Source: Epithemia pelagica (Eukaryota; Protista; Bacillariophyta). Taken from it: 64,000 nt of DNA. The notes beneath the pieces were generated by a model. It ran no database searches. It was not told where the DNA came from and saw nothing but the letters and a program-made list of their open reading frames with translations. Location: contig OX337237.1 in assembly GCA_946965045.2 (NCBI GenBank), positions 558,001-622,000 of the forward strand. The letters run 5' to 3'. The translations under genes and the position numbers were made by a program. Numbering within the stretch: the first letter of the stretch is position 1; every line of letters begins with the position of its first letter. Positions 9,807-20,250 of the stretch are shown in pieces.

Positions 9807-12800
9807 CTCCCCACAATTCGTCGAGTGAGGATTGTTATTTTCCTTGTCATGCTTCTGAACGTTTCCTCCCCAGAAGAATATGATCTTGAACGTGGTCCAT
9901 ACTTTCGAGAATTTCCAATGCTTACTGACAATGTATCCCGGACGCTCTCATAGGGATATCTCAGGCAATAAGTAATCAGTTCATCATTCTTCAGTTGGTA
10001 GGTCTTGTCGGTGCCCTTTGAGCTATGCTCCCCAGGTGCCTTCTTCATCCAAACATTGGGATCTGCTTTAGTTGGTGACAAATCCATATCAAGTGGGATG
10101 TCAAAGAAACAGTCACGCCGACATGCTCCTGAAGATTTCAATCCCTTTGAGGCCTTGTGCGTAATCAAGATGTGACCTGATTCCTTGAGTTCTTGTCTTG
10201 CAACTATCAAGATCTTCTCTCCAGATAAAGCTTCCAGGTCGTGTGCATTTCCAACTTTTGCTCCCCATATATCCATATCATTGAGAATCCCAAGACAGGT
10301 GGTTGTATGAAAGTTGTGAATGGAAGTAGTACACAAAAAGATTGCCTCAACCGGTTCTTTGGTAAAAGCCTCGTCTGTGATGAGAAGTGCTGGGCGACTA
10401 TCATCATGTTTTACAAGATGGATTTGAATCTTGTTCTTGTGATACTCTTCTGGTGATGCATTTATCATTTCCCTTCTCTTGAACTGAGCTTGAACGCAAT
10501 CCTTGACTTTTGTGAGGGATTGGATCTGTGAAGCCTGAAAGAGCTCAACTTCAGTAGTGTCGTGCCACTTTCTTTTACCATGTTGCTTGTCTAACAAAAC
10601 AACTAATTCTTCATTTGTCATTGAAACTTGATAACCAAACTTGTACTTGATGGAACGACAGACTTGCTTGATTCTTGACTGCTGTTTGGCAGCTTGAACA
10701 AGGCATTTACTGGTCTTGACAAAACGCTTGAGATGTTTCCATCCAAGTTCATTTAATAGGTCATGTTTCTTGGCATAGGCATCATTTACCATGAGTGACG
10801 GAGGCTCATAGATCATCTCCCCAGTCTCCCAATCAACAAGTATATTACAGTGACTTCTTTTGTAGTCAGGATTGTTGCTAATACTTGACGGCTCTTGATC
10901 TGCAACAACGTCCCTGAACTGAAAAACGTCATCTTCAGTTTCCTGTGCTTGGTTGTCCTGTTTGATGTATTCCATATGTTGACGGTATGAAATTATCTTG
11001 TCAATGTCGGAAATGGATTTGCAGAAAGTGTACTTGATACAGTCTTCTTGCTTGAGAGCATCTTGTTCTAAATCAATGACGCATCTTATAAGACACGGTT
11101 GTGGTTGCTCCCCATTATACGGTTGTCGTTGCTCCCCATTTTCCTCTGGATCATAAACAAGGAAAGGTTGTCCAATAGTGTCATCATGTTTGATCGTTGG
11201 AATTTGCGTGGATGGATCTTCACCTTTGCTAGAAATGAGAACAATGTCAGCTTGCTTGCCGTTGGGTTCACTTGGAAGCGATTCCTCCCCTGAAGAGGTA
11301 TCCACACAAAGGTTGCTGGGTGGCGTGGGTGCATCATGAAGAATGGCAGAGTAACAAAGGGTTTGAGTGTCCAGAGACAAAGTATCACCAATAGGAGGGG
11401 CAAAAACAAGCCAGTAGCCAAGTGTCGTGACAAAAGAGGGAGGGTAGGGACGGTAGGGACGGTGGGAGAGGGCATATGATTCGGTAAAGTAGGGGGCCTT
11501 GTCCCAGATAAGGAAGAAAAGTGGGTGGGTAATGCCGGGTGGGCGACCATTGAGGATCTCAAGAGGGATATGGCCCGAAACGGTCACGACGTATGTTGTC
11601 CTCTTAGCGGTCTGATAATGGTTCTCAGCCATGTTCTGATCTTGGAGGTATGGTTTGGAACAGTATTCTCCAAGCAGGGGTGTGAAGAAGGAAGGCGTAT
11701 CAGGTCCATGATCGTAAGGTAAATCCAAGAGAAGGTTGAGGTTACAGACAACACAATTGGTATACTTCCCAAAAGCATCATGCGGATTGTTGCCATCATT
11801 TTCAACAGTCCTTGAAGAAGGTGCCGTATCTTGCATGGGATCAAGATACCAATGATTATAGCCAGTCAATTGATTGTCACCGGAGAAAGTAGACATGCGA
11901 GAGAGCAGATGTCGAGATATCTCAACTTTCTGTTTACAGTTGGTGTTGTTCTCGAGACAATCATTAGGGATGGATGTTGCCTTGATATTGGACACCAAAT
12001 TAGCAAGATCAGATGTTGGATGATTGACATCAATATTGGTCACAACTTGTGGAACACACCGGGTAATCAGATCAGAGAAATTATCTTGATGGTCTTGGGA
12101 ATCATCTTGAATCATGTCGTCAATCCATGCATGACCAGGGTCGGGATCAGGTTCCGGATCAATGTCAAGAGTATGCGTCTGTTCCATGCATGCAGTTGTT
12201 GATGACGGATTCTGGGTAGACTTGTTGTACGCAATGATTACTTGACGACTATTGTCGTTGAGTTTACTCCACAGATCTCTTGGAAGACTGATCTTTGGAC
12301 GAAGCGAAGATGATTTCTTGGTCTTCACGTTAGTTCTCTTAATCATGCGGTGTTTTTCTTTGGGTGATAGATCTTTGATATCAAAATCTTGATCATATTG
12401 AAAGTCGCATTGCTTGGTATGCTTAAGTCGGTTAGACTTTGGTGCTCGAGTTGCTTGGTCATGATCATATGCGGCATCAAGGAGAAGACGGAAATATGAT
12501 TGATAACAAAGTGTCTTTGCACCAGACAAGACGTTGACTTGTCGTAAATCAGGTACCTTTTCAACGGCTTTCATCAGGAAGGTCATCCTAGTGTAGTGGC
12601 CAGGAATGTGATCAAACATTGATACCAGATTGTCGAGGAGATGGAACTGGTGTTGAAAGTGTAGGAGAAACTGGTAGGTTGTGCCGTGCCATGAATCATC
12701 GAGACAAAGATTGGAGATGTAGTTGTTAAGACGTAGCACCTCTCTTTTTGCTAAATGAAATGACGAAATCCAACCTTGGTTCACGCGAAGCTTGGTGAAG

Positions 12801-13204
12801 TCTGCATTGATTCTCCAATGATCGTAATTGGCCTTGGTGAGGTTCAACCAGGTAGAACGGGATGTATCACACTGCTGCAGGGTTGAGGTTTGTTCTCGTG
12901 ACCAATATGCTAGGATCTTCAGTTGATGCCTTGTATATGTCTTCAGGTCCATGGTCTTGTTCCCATACTTGTATTGTCCAAGGTCCTTGATATTCTTTTC
13001 TGGATTGACTGCAAGATAGTCGATGACATTCAGAATGTGTTCGAAACCACTATGTTTTATCCATTGATGAAGGGCTTGAGCTCGTTCTTCATCACATTCA
13101 AATAGATGCTGGGTGATATGATTGAACACTTGTGTATCTGATATGTCAGGCGGTACTGAGTCGTCAGAAGGAAGAGAAGGTGTCTTGGGGTATGTTGGAT
13201 CCAT
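9782..13204 (-). CDS. Internally deleted, degenerate CoDi gag-pol polyprotein (gag, integrase C-terminal part, RT N-terminal part)
   Basis: CoDi-like gag N-terminus; integrase remnant QNMAENHYQTAKR and IPLEILNGRPPGI; ILVDWETGE region; RT remnants KHDD, DIWGAKVGNA, GLKSSG and PTKADPNVWM. Protease, integrase core start, RT YxDD and RNase H are not recognisable. Confidence 0.85.
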   Translation of the reverse strand: MDPTYPKTPSLPSDDSVPPDISDTQVFNHITQHLFECDEERAQALHQWIKHSGFEHILNVIDYLAVNPEKNIKDLGQYKYGNKTMDLKTYTRHQLKILAYWSREQTSTLQQCDTSRSTWLNLTKANYDHWRINADFTKLRVNQGWISSFHLAKREVLRLNNYISNLCLDDSWHGTTYQFLLHFQHQFHLLDNLVSMFDHIPGHYTRMTFLMKAVEKVPDLRQVNVLSGAKTLCYQSYFRLLLDAAYDHDQATRAPKSNRLKHTKQCDFQYDQDFDIKDLSPKEKHRMIKRTNVKTKKSSSLRPKISLPRDLWSKLNDNSRQVIIAYNKSTQNPSSTTACMEQTHTLDIDPEPDPDPGHAWIDDMIQDDSQDHQDNFSDLITRCVPQVVTNIDVNHPTSDLANLVSNIKATSIPNDCLENNTNCKQKVEISRHLLSRMSTFSGDNQLTGYNHWYLDPMQDTAPSSRTVENDGNNPHDAFGKYTNCVVCNLNLLLDLPYDHGPDTPSFFTPLLGEYCSKPYLQDQNMAENHYQTAKRTTYVVTVSGHIPLEILNGRPPGITHPLFFLIWDKAPYFTESYALSHRPYRPYPPSFVTTLGYWLVFAPPIGDTLSLDTQTLCYSAILHDAPTPPSNLCVDTSSGEESLPSEPNGKQADIVLISSKGEDPSTQIPTIKHDDTIGQPFLVYDPEENGEQRQPYNGEQPQPCLIRCVIDLEQDALKQEDCIKYTFCKSISDIDKIISYRQHMEYIKQDNQAQETEDDVFQFRDVVADQEPSSISNNPDYKRSHCNILVDWETGEMIYEPPSLMVNDAYAKKHDLLNELGWKHLKRFVKTSKCLVQAAKQQSRIKQVCRSIKYKFGYQVSMTNEELVVLLDKQHGKRKWHDTTEVELFQASQIQSLTKVKDCVQAQFKRREMINASPEEYHKNKIQIHLVKHDDSRPALLITDEAFTKEPVEAIFLCTTSIHNFHTTTCLGILNDMDIWGAKVGNAHDLEALSGEKILIVARQELKESGHILITHKASKGLKSSGACRRDCFFDIPLDMDLSPTKADPNVWMKKAPGEHSSKGTDKTYQLKNDELITYCLRYPYESVRDTLSVSIGNSRKYGPRSRSYSSGEETFRSMTRKITILTRRIVGSVRILTFK
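9807..9812 (-). other. Polypurine tract
   Basis: Minus strand reads GGGGAG directly before the TGTTAGG start of the 3' LTR. Confidence 0.8.
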
Positions 13205-13698
13205 GGTAGTATATGGTTGGTTCGTTGTTTATTTAATGTGTGGTGTGATCTGAACCCGGATGTACCACGTGTGTGCCACGTATGTAAGTACCCGGATGTG
13301 TGTTGTGCTTGGAACCCGGATGTGAGGAACTCGGTTTTGTCTCTGGTTTGTTCTGGAAACTACTTAAAGTTACTTATCCTTGGTCACTTCCGGACTCGTT
13401 GCGGTGATCGAGTTGAACCGGGGAGTCAGGAATAGTGGTAGCTTCCTCGTCTTGCTCGTAGTCCTCAACAAAGTACTGGTCAGGTGAGTATTGGGAAGGT
13501 AGTTGCACGGAGTCCTGGTCCAGCTTGAGTGAAGTCCTGGAATAGGAGAGGGTTGGTGACCCTAGCCTCAGCCAGGCTGGCCCTGTTGTTGGGTTGGGTA
13601 GTTTTGTCCTCTAACTCTTGTTTGTTGGGGTAGCTCAATCTGTAATGGGTGTAGATGGGTAAGTAAGGTATCCAATGCAACTGCAGGGCAATGAGCGA

Positions 13699-14469
13699 TG
13701 AGACTGTTAATCTGGCAGAACTCTCATTGAGAATTCAGAAGGGTAATAGGTAGTTGGGTAAAAGGCTCGCTGAGCCGACAATCGAATCACCAACCGATAC
13801 AACAATCCTCCACGGGTCAGAGAAGAGTTGCAAGTCGAAGTCCGCCGTGGGTGGGGGCAGTCGGTCCACTGATAAGAGGTTAGTCTTAAGATGAGTGTTA
13901 AAATGGTGATATTAATGATTGTGAGATGATTACTAACTAAGGTGTTTGATGAAGGTCGAGGTCCTGGCTTCTGTATACGGCCATGGATCTGGTGTGATAG
14001 GTCCTCAAATGGTTGGAGTAGACCTGCATTGTTGTATTGAAAGTATATGCAATTGTATATCATATACCAATGCCAACAGCTCTTGCTTTGTTGTGATATA
14101 GGTAGTTTTCTTGGCGCGTTGTTGATTGCATTCTTGGAATTGTGGGAATGGAAATATGGTCTCGCGTGATCGTGATTCGTGCTTTGATTACTTAGGTCGT
14201 TGAGGTAAGTCGTGGAGGTGCTCACTCGGATCTTGATTGCGCGCGCTTGAGAATATTGGGCGCGCACGTGATGGGCCATAGTCAATATCCGAGCGGTCGC
14301 CGATAGCGCTTGCATTGCGAGCATGCCTTGGCCAAAATTAAAGGTCCGCGAGCATGCCGTCATTCTTTTCTCACTTTTACACAAATGTCATCGGATGCCA
14401 TAAAATACTAGCATCAGTCGATGTGTTGTAGATTCCACCACCACCTACTTAAAGGTGAGAATCCTAACA
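13699..14469 (-). repeat. 5' LTR (771 bp)
   Basis: Near-identical to 9036-9806 at a constant offset of 4663. Confidence 0.95.
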
Positions 14470-14470
14470 C

Positions 14471-16450
14471 CCTGAACCCCAAGTTACTGACATTTGCTCC
14501 GGATTTCAAGAAGTTTCAGTCGATTATCCCCTTTCTGACATCAGTGATGCCTTCATTCAAGCCGACATTGATCCAGATTATGTGGCTCCCAAGTTTCCTG
14601 TCGACAGTGTCCCATCAGGCTATAGCGCCAATTCCACCGACATGGCCAAAGAATGTGCTATGGTTGGAGCCGGTTTGGGAGGTGGCATCCAAAATACCAA
14701 GGAACTACACGTTCTGAAGTACGAGGAAGCTATTAATGGCCCTGAGCGTGACCAATGGTTAGAGTCTATTGAGAAGGAGTATCAGCGGATGATTGACAAC
14801 GGTGTCTTCATCCCCTGTTCTCCAGTTGATGTTCCTGGTGACGCCAAGATCCTTAGCAACGTCTGGGCAATGAAAAAGAAGGCCAATGGGACCTTTCGTG
14901 CTCGATTGAATGCCCGTGGTTACGAGCAAGTTGACGGTGAGCATTACGACAGCCACGCAACTTTCGCTCCTGTAGCCTCTGACATGACCATCATGATCAT
15001 CTTTGTGCTGATTATTCTCGCGAATTGGGTCGTCCATGTGATGGATGTCAAGGGTGCTTTCTTGTTGGGTGATTTTGAAAAAGACAGAAAGATGTGGATG
15101 ACCATTCCCAAAGGAATGGAATCCAAGTATCCACCAGGTTGGTTGATTCTCTTGGGCAAGACACTCTACGGTACCAAACAGGCAGCTCGTGCCTTTTGGA
15201 ACAAAGTGCAGGAAGTCATGCAGTTGATTGGATTCCTTCGGAACCGTGCTGATCCCTGTCTGTACTTTGCGTGGACCGTTTATGGCCTCGTCATCTGGTT
15301 GTCTTGGGTCGACGACTTCTTGATCTGTGGATCGGAGGCAGGCGTGTTACATTCGAAGGCTGCCATGAAGGAGCACTTTGACTGTGATGACTGTGGTGTA
15401 CTCACCGAATACATTGGATGCAAGGTCGATATCGACCGTGACGCCCGCTCGTGCAAGTTCACTCAGCCGGTTTTACTTCGCAGTTTCACCGACGAGTTCT
15501 CTGTCCCTCATGCACCGCAGCCCTATTCCACACCAGCAGCACCTGGTGAGGTTCTTCGCAAGGACGATGGCACTCCCAATCTGGACAGTACCAAGCAGTC
15601 TCTCTATTGCAGTGGAGTTGGAAAGTTGTTGCATTTGATGAAGTGGACAAGGCCTGACATTTTGAATTCCGTCCGTGAATTGTCCAAGTTTATGAAGCAG
15701 GCTACCACGAATCATCTGAAGGCCATGTACCGTGTCATGCGTTTCTGCCTGGACACGTCGACTCGCAGCAAGACTCTGCGTCCGGTTGGTTGTTGGGATG
15801 GATCTCGCGATGGTTTCGAATTCGAGATTCGTGGTGTCAGTGACTCAGACTTTGCCAAGGATCCTGAGAAGCGGCACAGCGTGTCTGGCATTTCCGTCTT
15901 TCTTCAAGATGCTCCAATTTCCGAATCGAGTCGCATGCAGGATTGTGTCACGTTGTCCGTCAGCGAAGCCGAAATCGTAGCAGCAGTGGAAACGGGTCAG
16001 CGCATGCTTTTTGGAATGCGTGTTATCGAACAAATGGGCCTTACTGTCAAGAAACCGATGATCCTCCAAATGGACTGCAAAGGCGCACTGGCCTTGACAC
16101 ATTCCTGGAGTGTTGGCGGACGCACACGCCATATCGACGTCAAGTGGCATTTTCTCCGTGAGATGAAAGAAGATGGATTGATTCACACCATTTGGGTTCA
16201 CTCACCTGACAATAGCGCAGACCTCTTCACCAAGAATCTTTCTGGCCCTGACTTCAAGCGCCATTCCCTTGTCTACTGTTCTGACATTGATCCCAGTTCC
16301 AACGCTGACGACGATCCTTCTTCGATGGCCATGAACGCACAAGGCGCTCACGTTGAACCCATTGTCGGATCCAAAACCGCCCTGATCGCTCACCAAGGTC
16401 CAATTCCCTATTGGATTCAATGCTTTCTTCGACAAGCACCATCCAATTGA
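14471..16450 (+). CDS. Copia reverse transcriptase-RNase H (5'-truncated pol)
   Basis: FRARLNARGYEQ, MDVKGAFL, LYGTKQA, ADPCLY, WVDD; RNase H SDSDFA, SVSEAE, HIDVKWHF, ADLFTK. The frame is open from 14471, directly at the neighbouring LTR edge, upstream of the track start at 14582. Confidence 0.93.
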   Translation, partial: PEPQVTDICSGFQEVSVDYPLSDISDAFIQADIDPDYVAPKFPVDSVPSGYSANSTDMAKECAMVGAGLGGGIQNTKELHVLKYEEAINGPERDQWLESIEKEYQRMIDNGVFIPCSPVDVPGDAKILSNVWAMKKKANGTFRARLNARGYEQVDGEHYDSHATFAPVASDMTIMIIFVLIILANWVVHVMDVKGAFLLGDFEKDRKMWMTIPKGMESKYPPGWLILLGKTLYGTKQAARAFWNKVQEVMQLIGFLRNRADPCLYFAWTVYGLVIWLSWVDDFLICGSEAGVLHSKAAMKEHFDCDDCGVLTEYIGCKVDIDRDARSCKFTQPVLLRSFTDEFSVPHAPQPYSTPAAPGEVLRKDDGTPNLDSTKQSLYCSGVGKLLHLMKWTRPDILNSVRELSKFMKQATTNHLKAMYRVMRFCLDTSTRSKTLRPVGCWDGSRDGFEFEIRGVSDSDFAKDPEKRHSVSGISVFLQDAPISESSRMQDCVTLSVSEAEIVAAVETGQRMLFGMRVIEQMGLTVKKPMILQMDCKGALALTHSWSVGGRTRHIDVKWHFLREMKEDGLIHTIWVHSPDNSADLFTKNLSGPDFKRHSLVYCSDIDPSSNADDDPSSMAMNAQGAHVEPIVGSKTALIAHQGPIPYWIQCFLRQAPSN

Positions 16451-16764
16451 CCAAGCCCAATCATCCTCACCACACCATAGTGAAACCGCCATCATCAAAC
16501 AAACGACAGAACCCATATTGCCCATATCAACAAGGAACAACAAATCATCAGAATATCAAGAATCAAAGAAACAAAACAAATCAACAACGACAACAACATC
16601 AAACAATCACTTACATCGCATTCAAACATCATCCAAATCAGGCAGGGTATCTTCTTTTCACATTGACACAACTCACAGAATATGAAATCTTCACCACACA
16701 CGACGAACATGAGAATCTCAAGTTTATGACATCAATGACATTCGAGCGACACAATTAGGCAGGG

Positions 16765-17040
16765 TGTTGGAATCAAGAATTGAATCGCTCTTCACGTCAT
16801 AAGTCGGTCGCACATATGATCTTTGGGATAGAAACCGCATGGGAGGCGGTTATAGCTCACCTAGATCTTGGACGATTACGATCACAACTGGCACAACAAC
16901 AACTCCCATCTTGGACATTACTCTAGTCGTAACTCTCACTCTTTTAAGATTGAACATTTTGCAAACCATTCATCTACGTTTATAACTGTATTACTTCTGT
17001 GCACAGGAGACCCCATTTGGGCCAATCTAGTGATCCAACA
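16765..17040 (+). repeat. 3' LTR of the second Copia (276 bp)
   Basis: Starts TGTTGGA after the PPT and ends TCCAACA (7-bp terminal inverted repeat); base 17041 resumes the duplicated unit seen uninterrupted at 23478. Confidence 0.85.
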
Positions 17041-20000
17041 TGACACTCCATGTACTTTTCAAGCCAGGCCGAAGGTCCAATGGCCACGGCCGCATTGTCA
17101 TTGCCATTGTTGCTGCGTCGGGTCAAGGCTTTCCCTGGAGTGGTACTCTTGGTATCGTGGAGATCAAACGCGGTGCCCTGTCTCGCTCGACCCGCGGCCA
17201 AGTCCAAGCTCGTTTGGGCATCTTGTCGACTGCAGTGCGGTTGATGCGGACTCTGAATGACGCGGTGCAACAGGACACGCGTCAAATGACGGAGGGAATA
17301 CTTGAACGAATCATCATATCCAGTGGCCTCAATCAAGGTAAAGCGTGTCAAGGCGGCCCGATCTTGGGTCGTTTCCACCATTTCGCAATCCAAGGCAAAA
17401 AGTTTGGGCGCTTGTTGTGGTTGTTGTTGCTCTTGTTATGATTTTAGTGTGGTTGTGGTTGTTGCAGGCCAAGATGGTGGTCAAGAGGGTGGTCAAGTCT
17501 TGCACGAGCAATTGGTTGAGGGCTCGGGTCGCTGTATGGACTTCCAGGACCACGACACATGCGACACTGACGTGATTGTGCAAACACAGCCAGGCCGGGG
17601 AAGACCCTTGTATCGAACGACAGATGACGACGAAGCTTGGTGGTACGATCGTTTCGTTCCGGGTGCCAATTTGGTGGTATCATTGATCTCGGGTGGTGTT
17701 ACTGTTATGGTGGTGGATGTTGGCATGGCGAGGCTGAACAAAATATCTCCATGATGCGATCCTTCGAGCAGACGTCCTTCGGGACAACCACGTCTCCAAT
17801 AAAAGGTGGCAGCCACCGTGTCGTCACTATGGTCGTCGTCGTCGTCTGCTGTAGTGGTAGTTGCATCTATGGCGACGGTGCTCCATCGTTTGCGCAACTT
17901 TTTGTATCGACCCTTGTCCTATTTCGTCTACCCATTTTGGTCTATGGTCGTTGTTGGGTTGTGGTGGTTTGGTTCTTGGTTCCTGGGTGCTGCGGCAGCT
18001 TCTATTCCCCCAGCAAGACATTTGTGTGTATATGTATTTGTATGTATGTATGAAGGTTGTTGTGGTTGTGGAACACAACGTTCTCGGCGGACATTCCAGT
18101 CGACGTGGTGGGCGATGCAACATGTTTCTCTTGTCGTGCTCTCGGTTGTTCTCTTCTTGTTCAATCTCTTTGTTGATCGGTTCTCTTGTTTGATCTCTTT
18201 TGCTACGCAGAATCCAGGTGCTACATGACAATAGGACTACAAAAGTTTCAAGTTTTATGTCATGTTCTGCTCTGTTGTTTTCTTGTTGCGTGCTTGTTGC
18301 CCCGCCCCGAACAGACCAAACGGACTCCTTGCAAATTCTATTTTTCAATTTTCAAGGCTGCATCCCATTCCTCCACCAGTCTCAACAGACTGCTGGTGCA
18401 TGCGGAGAGTCTCCCACTCTTGCTGTGAGCCTTTCAAGGACCATTGAACGGAATACCGATGTTTGGACAATCATGGTTGAAGCCCTGTGTGGTTTCTCGG
18501 GAGACATTTTTGTTTCAATTGGCATTGCTGGACAACCTATAATGTGTTTAGCTTGAAAGCAGTGCCTTCACCGAACATCCATCTAGGTAGGGAAGTATGA
18601 AACAACTGTAACACATCTCTTTCACGGGTGGCTTGGATCTGTTCTTGGAAGCCAACCGCACATGTACGATGGCGAGCGACATTTGACTAACAGCAATCAT
18701 TTATCGCAAGATTTATCAAACTCTCAGTGGCCCCCAATCCTTGTTAATTCCCAACAAACCAACAAATTACGTTGAGCATGAAACGCTCTTTTTCCGTTAG
18801 CAGTTGAGCGTCTCTGTGGAGGCCGTTTCCAATCGGTGCGTAAGTTTCGTGCGAACATCTTGGTTGAAAAGCTTGACTCGTCCATCTGTGACCCTGAACT
18901 TACCATATAAGATGCCGTTGCCCAGATATCTGATTTGGCAATGCTCCAGGCAAAGGCGCACAGGGCGACCCTATTTATCATTTGTCGTATGCCTCCCCCC
19001 AAGCTTTTCACAGCCAGCAATTTCCAGGGATTCAACTTCGCTACAGACCAATATTGTGGTCGGACAAATGCCTCCAGATTGTTAGCAGGAACAATGAAAA
19101 TGAACCGATCTTTGTCAAAGACAACAGGTGTGGCTCGTCGTCGACTTGCAATGCTTGCATTTTTTGTCGCTCTTCTTCCCAAACCTTGGATTCTTCTTCT
19201 TCTTTTTGTGCCTTGCGTCCTTTTCCTGCTTCTTCTCGACGTTTTCGTACTTCGGCCGATTTGGTCATGTTGCGACTGTGATCGTGACAGGTCCAGCGGA
19301 GGCTGCTTTCTTGTTTTTTCCTCTCCTCCTCCACACGGGCAGCGGCAGCCACTGTGGAAAAAGGATCGTGGTTGCTACATGCTGTCGTTCGTTCCTTGTC
19401 GTCGTAGTCCTCGTCATCCTCTTCATCTTCGGCCTTCGGCATTTATCGGCCTTTCCGGAATCTCCACGAGGACCAACTCTACGTTTGTTGAATCGTCCCT
19501 TGGCCATGGTGATGCTGTTGCGGGGATTGCTTTCGGTGGATAGAATGGAACGATATCTGATAGCGTTCATCTACCTGTCGTCGTGGTTGTCGTGACGATG
19601 TCGTCCGACAATGGGAGTAACTCGACTTTGTGGCTTTGAATGTCCTGATGACTGTCGTGAGAATGTCGTGATTGTCGAAAAATGTCGTATTCGCATTGTT
19701 AACTCGTACTCAATACTCAATACTAAACTCAATTTTTGTTTCGTTTGTGAAAAACTCTTGAAACAACCACCGAGAGATTGGAGATTCTTCACGAGTCATT
19801 TCTTTGCCATCAATGGTCAACGTTGTTTCTTTGGATCCAGAGAAACCGTTCTCCCATGAACCATCCATCTATCTACAATAGCGCACGGACTGCGTTACAC
19901 CACCTGAGAACGAGATGGGTCGGTCCGCGAGATCTGCAGATTCCTTCTTCATCCCGTAAGTTCCAGGCTTTTTCTCCTTGTGACTGTTGCTAAGAATGTG

Positions 20001-20250
20001 TACTAGCTAGATAGCCCAAGTCGTACAAAGCTCATGGCGCCTTTCGAACAGGTGCATCTGTAGATGGACCTTGTATGGAACACCGCTGTTGGACTGTTGC
20101 TCCGTATTCCGCCTAGCATTCGAATAGGATTTGTCTTACCCTTCCCCTCACCGCTGTCTTGTGCTCCCTAGGTAATGCTTTACTGCGGAACCTTTCAAAG
20201 GCTTACGTAGCAACCACTGCTAAAATACCTGGAACGAAAGAAGCCAATGT
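17041..20250. repeat. Segmental duplication, copy 1 (copy 2 at 23478-26805)
   Basis: Near-identical sequence and paired ORFs (e.g. 18724-19182 vs 25280-25738). Copy 2 has an extra ~115 bp near 24306-24425. Identity ends after ...GAAGCCAATGT. Confidence 0.95.
19041..19507 (-). pseudogene. Frameshifted PDAP1/PP28-like gene remnant (second copy 25597-26063)
   Basis: ATG at 19507 gives MAKGRFNKRR; after a frame change come an acidic stretch and EEERKKQE...AEVRKRREEA..., resembling the PP28 conserved core. Recognition by eye only. Confidence 0.35.

Larger units (their letters stand above)
9036..14469 (-). mobile_element. Non-autonomous Ty1/Copia (CoDi-like) LTR retrotransposon; no target-site duplication
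   Basis: Two 771-bp direct repeats bounded by TG...CA, a PPT next to the left LTR and an internal minus-strand gag-pol-derived ORF. Left flank CCTGT differs from right flank CCCTG. Confidence 0.92.
14470..17040 (+). mobile_element. 3' half of a second Ty1/Copia LTR retrotransposon (RT-RNase H, 3' UTR, PPT, 3' LTR)
   Basis: Intact RT/RNase H ORF, AGGCAGGG PPT at 16757-16764, then a 276-bp LTR. Confidence 0.9.

Noticed and set aside
13254-13323. ACCCGGATGT three times in the retrotransposon leader
   Set aside because: Short leader repeats are routine in LTR elements.
18935-19595. Cluster of plus-strand hydrophobic ORFs (also 25491-26151)
   Set aside because: Antisense to a Lys/Glu/Asp-rich minus-strand remnant, which produces false transmembrane-like peptides.
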